From Thermovirgaceae bacterium (GTDB lineage Bacteria > Synergistota > Synergistia > Synergistales > Thermovirgaceae): a stretch of 52,764 nt of DNA. The stretch lies in NCBI GenBank assembly GCA_046542505.1, contig JBKHBH010000005.1:1-52764 (forward strand), in the 5' to 3' direction. Numbering within the stretch: the first letter of the stretch is position 1; every line of letters begins with the position of its first letter. This document shows, piece by piece, positions 25,767 to 34,595 of the stretch. A program made the translations under genes and the position numbers. The notes beneath the pieces were generated by a model. It saw only the letters and a program-made list of their open reading frames with translations. It was not told the origin of the DNA and did no database searches.

Positions 25767-25947
25767 GGATGAAGGCTGCAAGAGAGACTCCGGTAAGGTT
25801 CCGGGGCGCCGAAGGTGCAACCTTTTCCCAAAGGGGAAAGGGAAACTCTCAGGCGGAAGGATTGCAGCTGGACGATTCTCTGGACACGGCGCACATTCGT
25901 GCTCCCCGAGTGTGATGGTACTGGTCACCAGCCGGCAGGACAGAGAA
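25767..25947 (+). ncRNA. Glycine riboswitch (canonical aptamer 1 plus degenerate aptamer 2)
   Basis: Leader GGATGAA; P1 GCTGCAA/TTGCAGC; GAGAGAC..GCCGAAGGTGCAA..AAACTCTCAGG; linker TGGACGA; second P1 TTCTCTG/CAGAGAA with GGACAGAG. Lies upstream of glycine reductase genes. Confidence 0.88.
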
Positions 25948-25978
25948 CCCACCTATTCCGCGAATAGGGGGGTCTGTT

Positions 25979-26386
25979 TTGACCAACCGGTACATACTTC
26001 TGACCAACAATTCGACCTTTGCAGCCATGGCGGGTGTCGACCTTGAAATAATAAAAGGCGGCGCTGTTGATGTTATATCCCTCGCGAAGGGGCGAATTCT
26101 TGCGGGATGCCGACTCCTGCACCACCCTCTTTATGGAAATTTCACCCCACAGCAACAGCCGTTCAGGTCGTTGCTTCTGTCCTGTCCCAAAGACGAACAA
26201 GGCGAAAAATCCGACACCACCTCATACCGATTGATTGAAACGGCTTTGGAACGTTACGGTTCCCACATTCACAATTTACCGAAGCCGGAAGATTATCCCG
26301 ACAATGTACGAAATGATTACGCTTATATTGACAGGATGCTTTTGGAGGAAATACTCCTGTCTTGTTGTGGGCGTGTGCAAAGGTAA
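25979..26386 (+). CDS. grdX: GrdX protein
   Basis: ILLTNN, G.RLL.HPLYGN..P.Q.PFRS.L, DYAYID..L; first gene of the grd cluster. TTG start. Confidence 0.8.
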   Translation: MTNRYILLTNNSTFAAMAGVDLEIIKGGAVDVISLAKGRILAGCRLLHHPLYGNFTPQQQPFRSLLLSCPKDEQGEKSDTTSYRLIETALERYGSHIHNLPKPEDYPDNVRNDYAYIDRMLLEEILLSCCGRVQR

Positions 26387-26450
26387 AAAGCAATGCCGGA
26401 GGGGAATTCCCAAAAGCCGGTTCACATTTTCCGAAAGGAGGTGAGAAATA

Positions 26451-26768
26451 ATGATAGAGGTGAACAAGGACAATTTCGAGGAAGAGGTTCTCAAAAGTGA
26501 TTTGCCGGTCGTCGTCGACCTGTGGGGCCCCAAGTGCGGCCCTTGCATGTCTCTGATGCCGCAGGTAGAAGAACTCGCAAAAGAGTATGAGGGCAAGGTC
26601 AAGTTCTGCAAGCTCAATGTCGCGGAAAATCGCAGGCTTGTTATTTCCCTCAAAGTCATGGGCGTCCCGACCTTCCTGTATTACAAGGATGGCGAAATCG
26701 TCGACCGCGTGACGGGAGGGGAGGCAACGGCGGAAAAAATCCGTGCGAAGACGGAAAATTTTCTTTAG
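26451..26768 (+). CDS. trxA: Thioredoxin (glycine reductase-associated)
   Basis: VDLWGPKCGPC active site, VMGVPTF; AAGGAGGTG RBS. Confidence 0.93.
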   Translation: MIEVNKDNFEEEVLKSDLPVVVDLWGPKCGPCMSLMPQVEELAKEYEGKVKFCKLNVAENRRLVISLKVMGVPTFLYYKDGEIVDRVTGGEATAEKIRAKTENFL

Positions 26769-26814
26769 GCAAAAAAGCAGACAACGATCTTCACGTGAAA
26801 GGGGGGAAACGAAT

Positions 26815-28101
26815 TTGAAGCTTAACCTGAGAAAAGTGAACATCGCGAACGTCGAATGGGGTGGAAAAACCTGCGTCGAGACAGGAACACTCTATGTCAA
26901 CAAGGAGGAAATCATTGATCTCGCCTCCAATGACGAGCGGCTGAAAAGCGTCTCGGCAGAACTTGCACGGCCCGGCGAAAGTATCCGGATCATTCCGGTA
27001 AAGGATGTCGTGGAACCCCGTTGCAAAAGGGATGGATCGAATAATGTATTCCCCGGGTTTATCGGGGACGTTGACAGTGTTGGAGAAGGCGAAACGGTTG
27101 CCCTGTCAGGGGCAACAGTGTTGACCTGTGGAAAGATCGTGGGTTTCCAGGAAGGCATCGTTGATATGACGGGCCCCGGAGCTGAATACACACCCTTTTC
27201 GAAGACCCAAAATGTTGTTCTCGTATTCGAGCCTGTGGACGACCTTGAAAAGCATGAATACGAGGCGGCTTGCCGGATGGCCGGTCTCAAGGTGGCCCAC
27301 TACCTCGCGAAATGTGCCGTTGATGTGGAGCCCGACGAGACAAAGACCTATGAACTCCCGGATTTCGCACAAGCAATGACCTCCCATCCGGGTTTGCCCA
27401 AGGTGGCCTACCTCTATATGCTGCAGTCCCAGGGGCTTCTCCACGACACGTACGTGTATGGCGTCGACGTCAAAAAAATCATCCCGACTCTCATCCATCC
27501 CAATGAAGTTATCGACGGCGCAATCGTATCGGGTAACTGTGTCTCTGCCTGCGACAAAAACAGTACTTTCGCGCATCAGAACAACCCGGTCATCAAGGGA
27601 ATGTACGAAAGGCACGGCAGAGACTTCAATTTTGTCGGATGCATCATCACCAACGAGAATACGACTTTGGCCGACAAGAAACGGAGTTCTTCCTATGCGG
27701 TGAAATTGGCGAAGATGCTCGGAGTCCATGGACTCGTGATCTCCGAGGAAGGATTCGGGAACCCTGATACGGATCTGATAATGAACTGTCGAAAGGCGGA
27801 GCAGGCCGGGATCAAGACGGTCCTTCTGACCGACGAGTACGCTGGAAGAGACGGTGCAAGCCAATCTCTGGCCGACGCGTGTCCTGAGGCCGATGCCGTC
27901 GTAACGGCGGCGAATGCCAACGAAACAGTTGTCCTGCCAAAGCTCGAAAAGATCATAGGATTCACGGAAACGGCCGATGTTATTGCCGGCGGTTTCGATG
28001 GTTCACTCCGTGAGGACGGTTCGATCGAGGTCGAAATCCAGGCAATCACTGGAGCGACCAGCGAACTCGGACTGAGCAGAATTTCAGCTTACACAATTTG
28101 A
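26815..28101 (+). CDS. grdE: Glycine reductase complex component B proprotein (alpha/beta, pyruvoyl-forming)
   Basis: ARPGES.RIIPVKDV.EPR, GFQEGIVDMTGPGA.YTPFS, QSQGLLHDTYVYG, VSGNCVSACDKN, EEGFGNPD.DL. TTG 26815 with GGGGGG RBS. Confidence 0.9.
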   Translation: MKLNLRKVNIANVEWGGKTCVETGTLYVNKEEIIDLASNDERLKSVSAELARPGESIRIIPVKDVVEPRCKRDGSNNVFPGFIGDVDSVGEGETVALSGATVLTCGKIVGFQEGIVDMTGPGAEYTPFSKTQNVVLVFEPVDDLEKHEYEAACRMAGLKVAHYLAKCAVDVEPDETKTYELPDFAQAMTSHPGLPKVAYLYMLQSQGLLHDTYVYGVDVKKIIPTLIHPNEVIDGAIVSGNCVSACDKNSTFAHQNNPVIKGMYERHGRDFNFVGCIITNENTTLADKKRSSSYAVKLAKMLGVHGLVISEEGFGNPDTDLIMNCRKAEQAGIKTVLLTDEYAGRDGASQSLADACPEADAVVTAANANETVVLPKLEKIIGFTETADVIAGGFDGSLREDGSIEVEIQAITGATSELGLSRISAYTI

Positions 28102-28125
28102 CATATACTATTGGAGGTGACGTTC

Positions 28126-28602
28126 ATGGGCAAGCTTTCGGGCAAGAAAATGATTTTTCTCGGTGAGCGGGACGGTGTTGCCGGACCGGCCATGGAGGAG
28201 AGCCTGAAGAATTGCGGCGGCGAGGTAGCGTTTTCCGTTACCGAGTGTTTCGTCTGAACCGCCGCAGGGGCCATGGACCTGCAGAACCAGCAGCGCGTCA
28301 AAGACGCCGCTGAAAAGTTCGGACCAGAGAACGTCGTTGTGATCCTGGGCTCTTCCGATGCGGAAGGTGCAGAGATTTACGCAGAAACGGTCACGAACGG
28401 CGATCCGACTTTTGCAGGTCCTTTGGCCGGAGCCCCGTTGGGGCTCGCCGTGTACCACATACTCGAGCCGGAAATCAGGGAAGAGGCCGATCAGTCTGTT
28501 TGGGAAGACCAGATCGGCATGATGGAGATGGTCCTCGATGGTGAGGCCCTCGCGAACGCTGTGAAGGGAATCCGGGAACAGTACAGCAAGTACTCGGTGT
28601 AA
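28126..28602 (+). CDS. grdA: Glycine reductase selenoprotein A (UGA 28255-28257 = Sec44)
   Basis: ATG 28126 with GGAGGTG RBS; LGERDGV.GPAM..., TECFV-U-TAAGAMDL (CxxU), continuing in frame into the 28273..28602 ORF (AETVTNGDPTFAGPLAG); 158 aa. Confidence 0.95.
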
Positions 28603-28634
28603 GAAAAGACAACTCCTGGAAAGGGGGTGGGTAG

Positions 28635-29942
28635 ATGGCCTTTAAGGTAGTTCACTATATCAACCAGTTTTTCGCCGGGATCGGAGGCGAAGAAAAAGCC
28701 AACGTTCCTCCCGAGGCGCGAGACGGAGCCGTGGGGCCGGGTATGGCCTTGAATCAGGCTTTCGGCGATGAAGCTGAAGTGGTGGGGACGATTATCTGTG
28801 GTGATTCCTACTTCGCCGACAATATAGAGAAAGCCAGGCTGGAAATTCTGGAACTGGTGAAAAAATTCGAAGCAGACGGGCTCGTTGCGGGTCCCGCCTT
28901 TAATGCCGGGCGTTACGGAACAGCCTGTGGCGACGTTTGCGAGACCGTCGGGAAAGAACTCTCGATGCCCGCAGTTACCGGTATGTACACGGAAAACCCG
29001 GGAGTCGACATGTACAGGAAGTCCACGTACATTGTCGAAACGGCTGACAGCGCAAGAGGCATGAAGGACGCCGTACCGGCCATGGCGCGGATTCTCCTCA
29101 AGAAGCTCAGGGGAGAACCTCTGGGGAAACCCGAGGATGAGGGCTACATTCCGCGAGGCATACGGGTGAATTTCTTTGCCGAAAAGACCGGTGCTGAAAG
29201 GGCGCTGGAGATGCTTGCCAGGAAACTCAAGGGAGAGCCATTCACAACGGAGTATTCCATGCCGGTTTTCGACAGGGTTCCGCCGAACCCGCCGATTGCG
29301 GACATGTCACAGGCGAAAATTGCCCTCGTAACCTCCGGCGGAATCGTTCCGAAAGGTAACCCTGATCATATCGAGGCCTCCAGCGCATCGAAATATGGAG
29401 AATACAGCCTGGAAGGCATGGAAGTCATCTCGGTCGAAACCCATGAGACGGCTCACGGCGGATATGATCCGACTTACGCGAACGACGATCCGAACAGGGT
29501 GCTTCCCGTTGACGCAATGAGAGAGCTGGCGAAAGAAGGCGTGATCGGGAACTTTCACGAAGTTTTCTACAGCACTGTCGGGAATGGTACGTCCGTCGCA
29601 AATGCTTCGCGTTACGGAAGCGAAATCGCCGAAAAACTCAAGGACCATAATGTTGATGCCGTCATTGTCACGTCCACCTGAGGAACCTGCACTCGTTGCG
29701 GCGCAACGATCGTAAAGGAAATAGAACGAGCAGGTCTTCCGGTGGCTCACGTCTGCACCATCGTGCCCATTTCATTGACGGTTGGCGCGAACAGGATTGT
29801 CCCAGCGGTTGCCATACCGCATCCGCTGGGTGATCCGGAAAAGTCACCGGCCGAGGAAAAGAAGCTTCGCAAGGCGCTCGTGAAGAAAGCGCTTCTCGCC
29901 TTGCAGACGCCGGTAGACGAACAGACCGTATTCAACGATTAA
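28635..29942 (+). CDS. grdB: Glycine reductase complex component B gamma subunit, selenoprotein B (UGA 29679-29681 = Sec)
   Basis: VHYINQFFAGIGGEEKA, GPAFNAGRYG, TAHGGYD, TST-U-GTCTRCGAT, in frame with 29742..29942 (GANRIVP..AIPHPLG); 435 aa. Confidence 0.95.
29693..29709 (+). promoter_or_regulatory. Candidate SECIS hairpin of grdB
   Basis: TCGTTGC-GGC-GCAACGA stem-loop 11 nt after the in-frame UGA. Confidence 0.6.
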
Positions 29943-29958
29943 GCATGCTTGCATGATG

Positions 29959-29995
29959 GCCCGGCCCGGTTCCTTTAGTGTGAACCGGGCCGGGC
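29959..29995. repeat. 14-bp inverted repeat between grdB and grdC (no U tract)
   Basis: GCCCGGCCCGGTTC (29959-29972) / GAACCGGGCCGGGC (29982-29995). Confidence 0.75.
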
Positions 29996-30031
29996 AGAAC
30001 CAGAGTGTATTGTATGGAGGAGGAAAAGGTT

Positions 30032-31567
30032 ATGGCAAATGTTTCGATCCAGGGCTATGCCTATTGTTTGAACCACGTCCCGCATCTGGCCTTTCATTAT
30101 GGAATCACTCCCCTTGCGGAGCGGGAAGCACGGGGGGAGACAGAATATATACAGAAACTCAAGGAAAGAATGCAGACTTTCGACGAAGCCTGTTCCTATG
30201 CACCGAACCAGGCGTATATCGGCGCCATGGATCTTGAGACCCTTTGCGCCCAGCCCGGGCCCATGTACCAAAAAAGGCTGGGAAAGGCTTCCAGGATGGC
30301 AAAATACGGGGAAATCATGCCTGAAGAAGAATTTATCGGGCTTATGGATATATGTGACGTCTTTGACATTATCTGGCTGGAAGAAGGTTTCGCAACGAGA
30401 ATCGCCGAAAATCTGTCGAAACATCCATTGCTCGAAGAACGGCAGCTGAAAAAACTCGAAAAGGGGCATCCTTCCACCGAGATAGCAGAAGAGATCGCCA
30501 AACACGGAGCACTTCCGATTTATCTGGAAGATGAAATCGTCGGGTGCAGTCGGAAGGGCCACGAAACAGATGAATGCCTTTCGGCCTATGTCCTCATGGA
30601 AAACATCGCTTCCAAGGCAAGCGCTGTTCTCTCCCTTTTGCATCTGATAAAGAATTCGGGAATTTCGCCGGAGGAAATTGATTTCGTCGTCGAATGTTCG
30701 GAAGAGGCAGCGGGTGACGCGAACCAGCGTGGCGGAGGTAACTTTGCGAAAGCCGTGGCCGAGATTACCGGTTGTGTCAACGCGAGCGGTTTCGATGTCA
30801 GAAGTTTTTGTGCCGGTCCAGTAAACGCCGTAATCGCTGCGGGAGCACAGGTGGCGAGCGGCGTAAGGAAAAATGTCGCCGTAGTGGCCGGAGGGGCCGT
30901 GCCAAAACTTTACATGAACAGCCGGGATCATGTACGGAAGGAAATGCCGGCTCTGGAGGATTGTCTTGGAAGCTTTGCGGTGCTTTTGGGCCCAGAGGAC
31001 GGAAAGGCGCCAGTCATACGACTGGATGCCGTAGGGAAACACACCGTCGGTGCCGGATCATCGCCCCAGGCTATTACCGGCGCCCTGGTCTGGGACCCGC
31101 TCCAGAAACTGGGACTCGATTTCGATGATATCGACAAATATGCGGCAGAGCTCCACATCCCCGAGATTACACTCCCCGCGGGCGCGGGAGACGTCCCGAC
31201 GGCGAATTTCAAGATGATTGCCGCCCTGGCTGTCATGAAAGGGCAACTCGAAAAAAACGCCATGAATGATTTTGTCTCACAAAAAGGTATCCCGGGTTTC
31301 GCCCATACCCAGGGACATATCCCGTCAGGTGTCCCCTTTATTGGTCATGCCTGTGACGCCATCGCCGCCGGAGAGATGGAACGGGTAATGATTATTGGGA
31401 AAGGAAGCCTCTTCCTGGCACGTCTGACAAACCTTTCTGACGGAGCTTCCTTCGTCATTGAAAGATCCGGCGAACCGCAGGGCGGGGAGGGGCTTACGAA
31501 AGAAGACATCAGGGAAACCCTGCTCGACGCCCTTGCTGAAATAGCGGAAGGGCTCAAAAAAGACTGA
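30032..31567 (+). CDS. grdC: Glycine reductase complex component C subunit beta
   Basis: YAPNQAYIG, ECSEEAAGD.NQRGGGNFAKA.AE, DVRSFCAGP, KLYMNSRDH, GFAHTQGHIPSGVP, GKGSLFLARLTNL.DG. Confidence 0.93.
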   Translation: MANVSIQGYAYCLNHVPHLAFHYGITPLAEREARGETEYIQKLKERMQTFDEACSYAPNQAYIGAMDLETLCAQPGPMYQKRLGKASRMAKYGEIMPEEEFIGLMDICDVFDIIWLEEGFATRIAENLSKHPLLEERQLKKLEKGHPSTEIAEEIAKHGALPIYLEDEIVGCSRKGHETDECLSAYVLMENIASKASAVLSLLHLIKNSGISPEEIDFVVECSEEAAGDANQRGGGNFAKAVAEITGCVNASGFDVRSFCAGPVNAVIAAGAQVASGVRKNVAVVAGGAVPKLYMNSRDHVRKEMPALEDCLGSFAVLLGPEDGKAPVIRLDAVGKHTVGAGSSPQAITGALVWDPLQKLGLDFDDIDKYAAELHIPEITLPAGAGDVPTANFKMIAALAVMKGQLEKNAMNDFVSQKGIPGFAHTQGHIPSGVPFIGHACDAIAAGEMERVMIIGKGSLFLARLTNLSDGASFVIERSGEPQGGEGLTKEDIRETLLDALAEIAEGLKKD

Positions 31568-31582
31568 CGGGGAGTGTCATTT

Positions 31583-32737
31583 ATGTCAGAGCTCCGGGAA
31601 ATGATAGGCGAGGAACTCGCGGAGGTCATAAATATGGCCCGATCCGGAGGACCGGTTACGAGAATCGGTCTTATGGCTTCCGGAAGCGAACTGGGCCCCG
31701 AAGAGCTTCTGGTGGGCGGCATGGAAGCGGATAAAAGATATAGGGACATCCAGGTCGTCATGATCGGGCCCAAACCGGATGAATCCAATGGCCTTGAATG
31801 GATCGAAACGTCGGAGGACGAACAGGCTGTAGCGCAGGGTATGGAAAAAGCCATGAAAGACGGCAGTATTGATGGGGCCGTTGCCCTGCATTATCCTTTT
31901 CCTCTTGGCGTGACCACCGTAGGACGGGTTGTGACGCCCGCGAGGGGTAAGCCCATGTTCATTGCTTCGACGACGGGCACCAGTGCGACAACGCGGATTG
32001 AAGCCATGGTGCTGAATGCCCTGTACGGTGTTGCTGTAGCGAAATCCGCAGGGATAGAAAACCCGACTGTCGGAATCCTGAATGTTGACGGAGCCCAGAC
32101 GGTTTACAGGAGCCTCATACAGTTAAAAGAAAAAGGGTATGACCTTCGTTTTGGTGAAAGCGTGCGAAAGGACGGCGGAGCTGTTCTCAGGGGAAACGAC
32201 ATCCTGGCGGGTGCTGTGGATGTCTGCGTAACGGACACGCTCACGGGAAACGTCCTGATGAAGCTTTTCTCCGCCTATTCGACGGGCGGCAGTTACGAAT
32301 CTCTCGGGTGGGGATACGGACCTTCTGTAGGGAAAAACTGGAAGCATGTGGTGTCCATCATTTCTCGGGCTTCCGGGGCTCCGGTCATTGCAAATGCCAT
32401 CCGCCTTGCCGCTGATGTGGTGAAAGGTGATGTCGCACTGCGTGTTGCAGGGGAGCTCCAAAGAGCGGAAAAAGCAGGATACGCGGATATTCTTGCCGCG
32501 ACAGCTCCGGCGACAAAGGCCCCGGAGGATGAGGATATCGAGGCACCTCCCGCGGAACCGACGGATGAAGAGCTTCACGGTGTGGATGTACTCTCTATAG
32601 AAGACGCCGTCCGGGATCTCTGGAAAAACGGCATCTATGCGGAATCGGCCATGGGATGCACCGGCCCCGTTGTCAAGGTCGCGTCATCCCGTCTTGCTGA
32701 AGCGACAGAAATCCTGCAGAAAAATAGCTACCTGTAA
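31583..32737 (+). CDS. grdD: Glycine reductase complex component C subunit alpha
   Basis: GSELG, LHYPFPLGVTTVGRV.TP..G, DTLTGNVLMK, GWGYGP, SRASGAPVIA, catalytic ESAMGCTGPV. Confidence 0.93.
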   Translation: MSELREMIGEELAEVINMARSGGPVTRIGLMASGSELGPEELLVGGMEADKRYRDIQVVMIGPKPDESNGLEWIETSEDEQAVAQGMEKAMKDGSIDGAVALHYPFPLGVTTVGRVVTPARGKPMFIASTTGTSATTRIEAMVLNALYGVAVAKSAGIENPTVGILNVDGAQTVYRSLIQLKEKGYDLRFGESVRKDGGAVLRGNDILAGAVDVCVTDTLTGNVLMKLFSAYSTGGSYESLGWGYGPSVGKNWKHVVSIISRASGAPVIANAIRLAADVVKGDVALRVAGELQRAEKAGYADILAATAPATKAPEDEDIEAPPAEPTDEELHGVDVLSIEDAVRDLWKNGIYAESAMGCTGPVVKVASSRLAEATEILQKNSYL

Positions 32738-32891
32738 AAAAGAAATTCAAATGCGGTGATAGGGCCCGCTCGCTGCATTTGCCGGAAACAAGGCTGATGA
32801 CAGGGGGTAGATTTGCGAAAAAGGCCAAGACGGGTCGTGCCCGAAAAAGAGTAGAAACAGCTGGTTTTTGCTTGTTACTTTTTGCGTATAA

Positions 32892-32909
32892 ATGTGAAGT
32901 ATGTAACAA
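32892..32909. promoter_or_regulatory. Rex- or CRP/Fnr-like palindrome upstream of the alanine symporter
   Basis: ATGTGAA-GTAT-GTAACAA resembles TTGTGAA-N4-TT(C/A)ACAA and TGTGA-N6-TCACA. Confidence 0.35.
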
Positions 32910-32984
32910 AAGGGACTGTTGTCGGCAGAGGTGTTTTGCATGATGCCTCGAAGGAGCAAGACAAAAAAGTGCTTTCCCGTTTCC

Positions 32985-32993
32985 TGTTATAAT
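32985..32993 (+). promoter_or_regulatory. Extended -10 promoter element of the alanine symporter
   Basis: TGTTATAAT, about 130 bp upstream of ATG 33121. Confidence 0.5.
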
Positions 32994-33120
32994 CATGTTG
33001 TAGATTTTAAAAATTTAATGAGAGGAGGGTTGAAAGGAAAGCGCAGGAAAAGCGGAAAACGTGGAAAAGCAGAGAGAGGCACCATGGCACAAGAGAAGAA
33101 CAAGAGGAGGGGGGTACGAT

Positions 33121-34512
33121 ATGGAAGCGTTGATGAGAATCAACGGAGTCATCAACGGCGTCGTATGGGGGCCGCCCATGCTTGCGCTGTTGGTAGGTAC
33201 TGGAATTTACCTGACTGTTATCCTCGGGTTCCCCCAGATCCGGTATTTCGGATTCATGTTCAAGGAAATTTTCGGTCAGCTCGGCAAAAAGGCTGAAGGC
33301 GAGGGAACAATCTCCGCCTTTGGAGCGCTGGCAACGGCTTTGGCTTCGACCCTGGGGTCGGGAAACATTGCCGGAGCAGCGACGGCCATTCACCTTGGAG
33401 GTCCCGGAGCACTGTTCTGGATGTGGATTACGGCGCTCTTCGGCATGGCCACGAAGATGACGGAAGTCGCCCTTGCCGTCAAGTTCCGGGAGAAAGACGA
33501 AGCCGGCAACTGGCGCGGAGGCACCATGTACGTCATGGAGAAGGGCCTCGGACAGAAATGGCTGGCCTGGCTTTTCGCTTTCTTTACCATGTTTGCGGCC
33601 TTCGGTATCGGCAACGCCATCCAGGCCAATTCCACGGCGGAAGCGCTCAATCTGGGATTTGGTGTCCCGCACTGGATCTCCGGAGTCGGAATGGCGATAC
33701 TGGTGGCCCTTGTCATCATTGGTGGCTTGAAACGGATCGCCGAAGTGACGACATATCTTGTTCCCGCAATGGCGGTGTTCTATATTATCGGTGGCATGCT
33801 TGTCATCGTTTTTCACGCTGATCTTATTCCACAGGCAATCAGCAATGCCGTTTATTATGCCTTCAATGATCCAATGGCAATGCCTGGAGCCATTGCCGGA
33901 TGGTCCATCAAGTTGGCTCTGACCAAGGGCGTCGCTCGTGGCGTTTTCTCCAACGAAGCCGGCCTCGGATCGGCTCCCATGGTTCACGCCACAGCAGTTA
34001 CCGATCATCCTGCCAAGCAGGGATGCTATGGTATTTTTGAGGTGTTCATGGACACCATCGTTGTATGTTCCATCACCTGCATCGGCATTCTGACCACGGG
34101 CACGTTGGTCGATTTTCCGGAGCTCACTGGCGCTCAGCTGACTCTGACAGCTTTCAGCACCGTATTGGGGCAACCCGGTGTGATGATCCTTTCCCTCGGA
34201 CTTGCGATGTTCGCGTTCTCGACAATCCTCGGCTGGTATTGGTATGGCGAGACAGGGGCGACATACATTTTCGGGCTGAAAGTGACACCTGTATACAAGG
34301 TCCTTTGGATTGTCGTTGTCATTGTCGGCGCCTGGGGAGGTGGCGGCGAATTTCTGGCGAACATCTGGAATCTTTCCGACACGATGAACGGCCTCATGGC
34401 GGCGCCTAACCTGGTTGCGTTGCTCTGGCTTTCCAATGAGATGCGAAAGATCGTAAAGGATTTTGACCAGAAGCGGGCGAAAGGCAAGATAAAGGCGGAA
34501 TCGGAGAAGTAG
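33121..34512 (+). CDS. Sodium:alanine/glycine symporter (AGCS family)
   Basis: TLGSGNIAGAATAI.LGGPGALFWMW, GG.MY, GNAIQAN, RGVFSNEAGLGSAP..HA, VFMDTIVVC, MAAPNL. ATG 33121 with GGAGG RBS. Confidence 0.95.
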   Translation: MEALMRINGVINGVVWGPPMLALLVGTGIYLTVILGFPQIRYFGFMFKEIFGQLGKKAEGEGTISAFGALATALASTLGSGNIAGAATAIHLGGPGALFWMWITALFGMATKMTEVALAVKFREKDEAGNWRGGTMYVMEKGLGQKWLAWLFAFFTMFAAFGIGNAIQANSTAEALNLGFGVPHWISGVGMAILVALVIIGGLKRIAEVTTYLVPAMAVFYIIGGMLVIVFHADLIPQAISNAVYYAFNDPMAMPGAIAGWSIKLALTKGVARGVFSNEAGLGSAPMVHATAVTDHPAKQGCYGIFEVFMDTIVVCSITCIGILTTGTLVDFPELTGAQLTLTAFSTVLGQPGVMILSLGLAMFAFSTILGWYWYGETGATYIFGLKVTPVYKVLWIVVVIVGAWGGGGEFLANIWNLSDTMNGLMAAPNLVALLWLSNEMRKIVKDFDQKRAKGKIKAESEK

Positions 34513-34534
34513 CAATCTCCAGGTATAAGGAAAA

Positions 34535-34579
34535 ATTTCGCAAAGGGCGGCGGCTTCCGCCGCCCGCCCTTTGCGAAAT
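34535..34579. repeat. 16-bp inverted repeat between the symporter and alr
   Basis: ATTTCGCAAAGGGCGG (34535-34550) / CCGCCCTTTGCGAAAT (34564-34579); no U tract on the + strand. Confidence 0.75.
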
Positions 34580-34595
34580 ATAAAGGAGGAACAGG

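Noticed and set aside
28126..29942. grdA and grdB as pseudogenes with premature stops
   Set aside because: Both TGA codons fall exactly at the known selenocysteine positions and the frames continue intact.
32919..33296. Lys/Arg-rich 125-aa ORF spanning the symporter leader
   Set aside because: Overlaps the promoter and the symporter start out of frame; its composition just reflects the purine-rich leader.
33007..34515. 502-aa minus-strand ORF
   Set aside because: Antisense shadow of the alanine symporter; no recognisable motifs.
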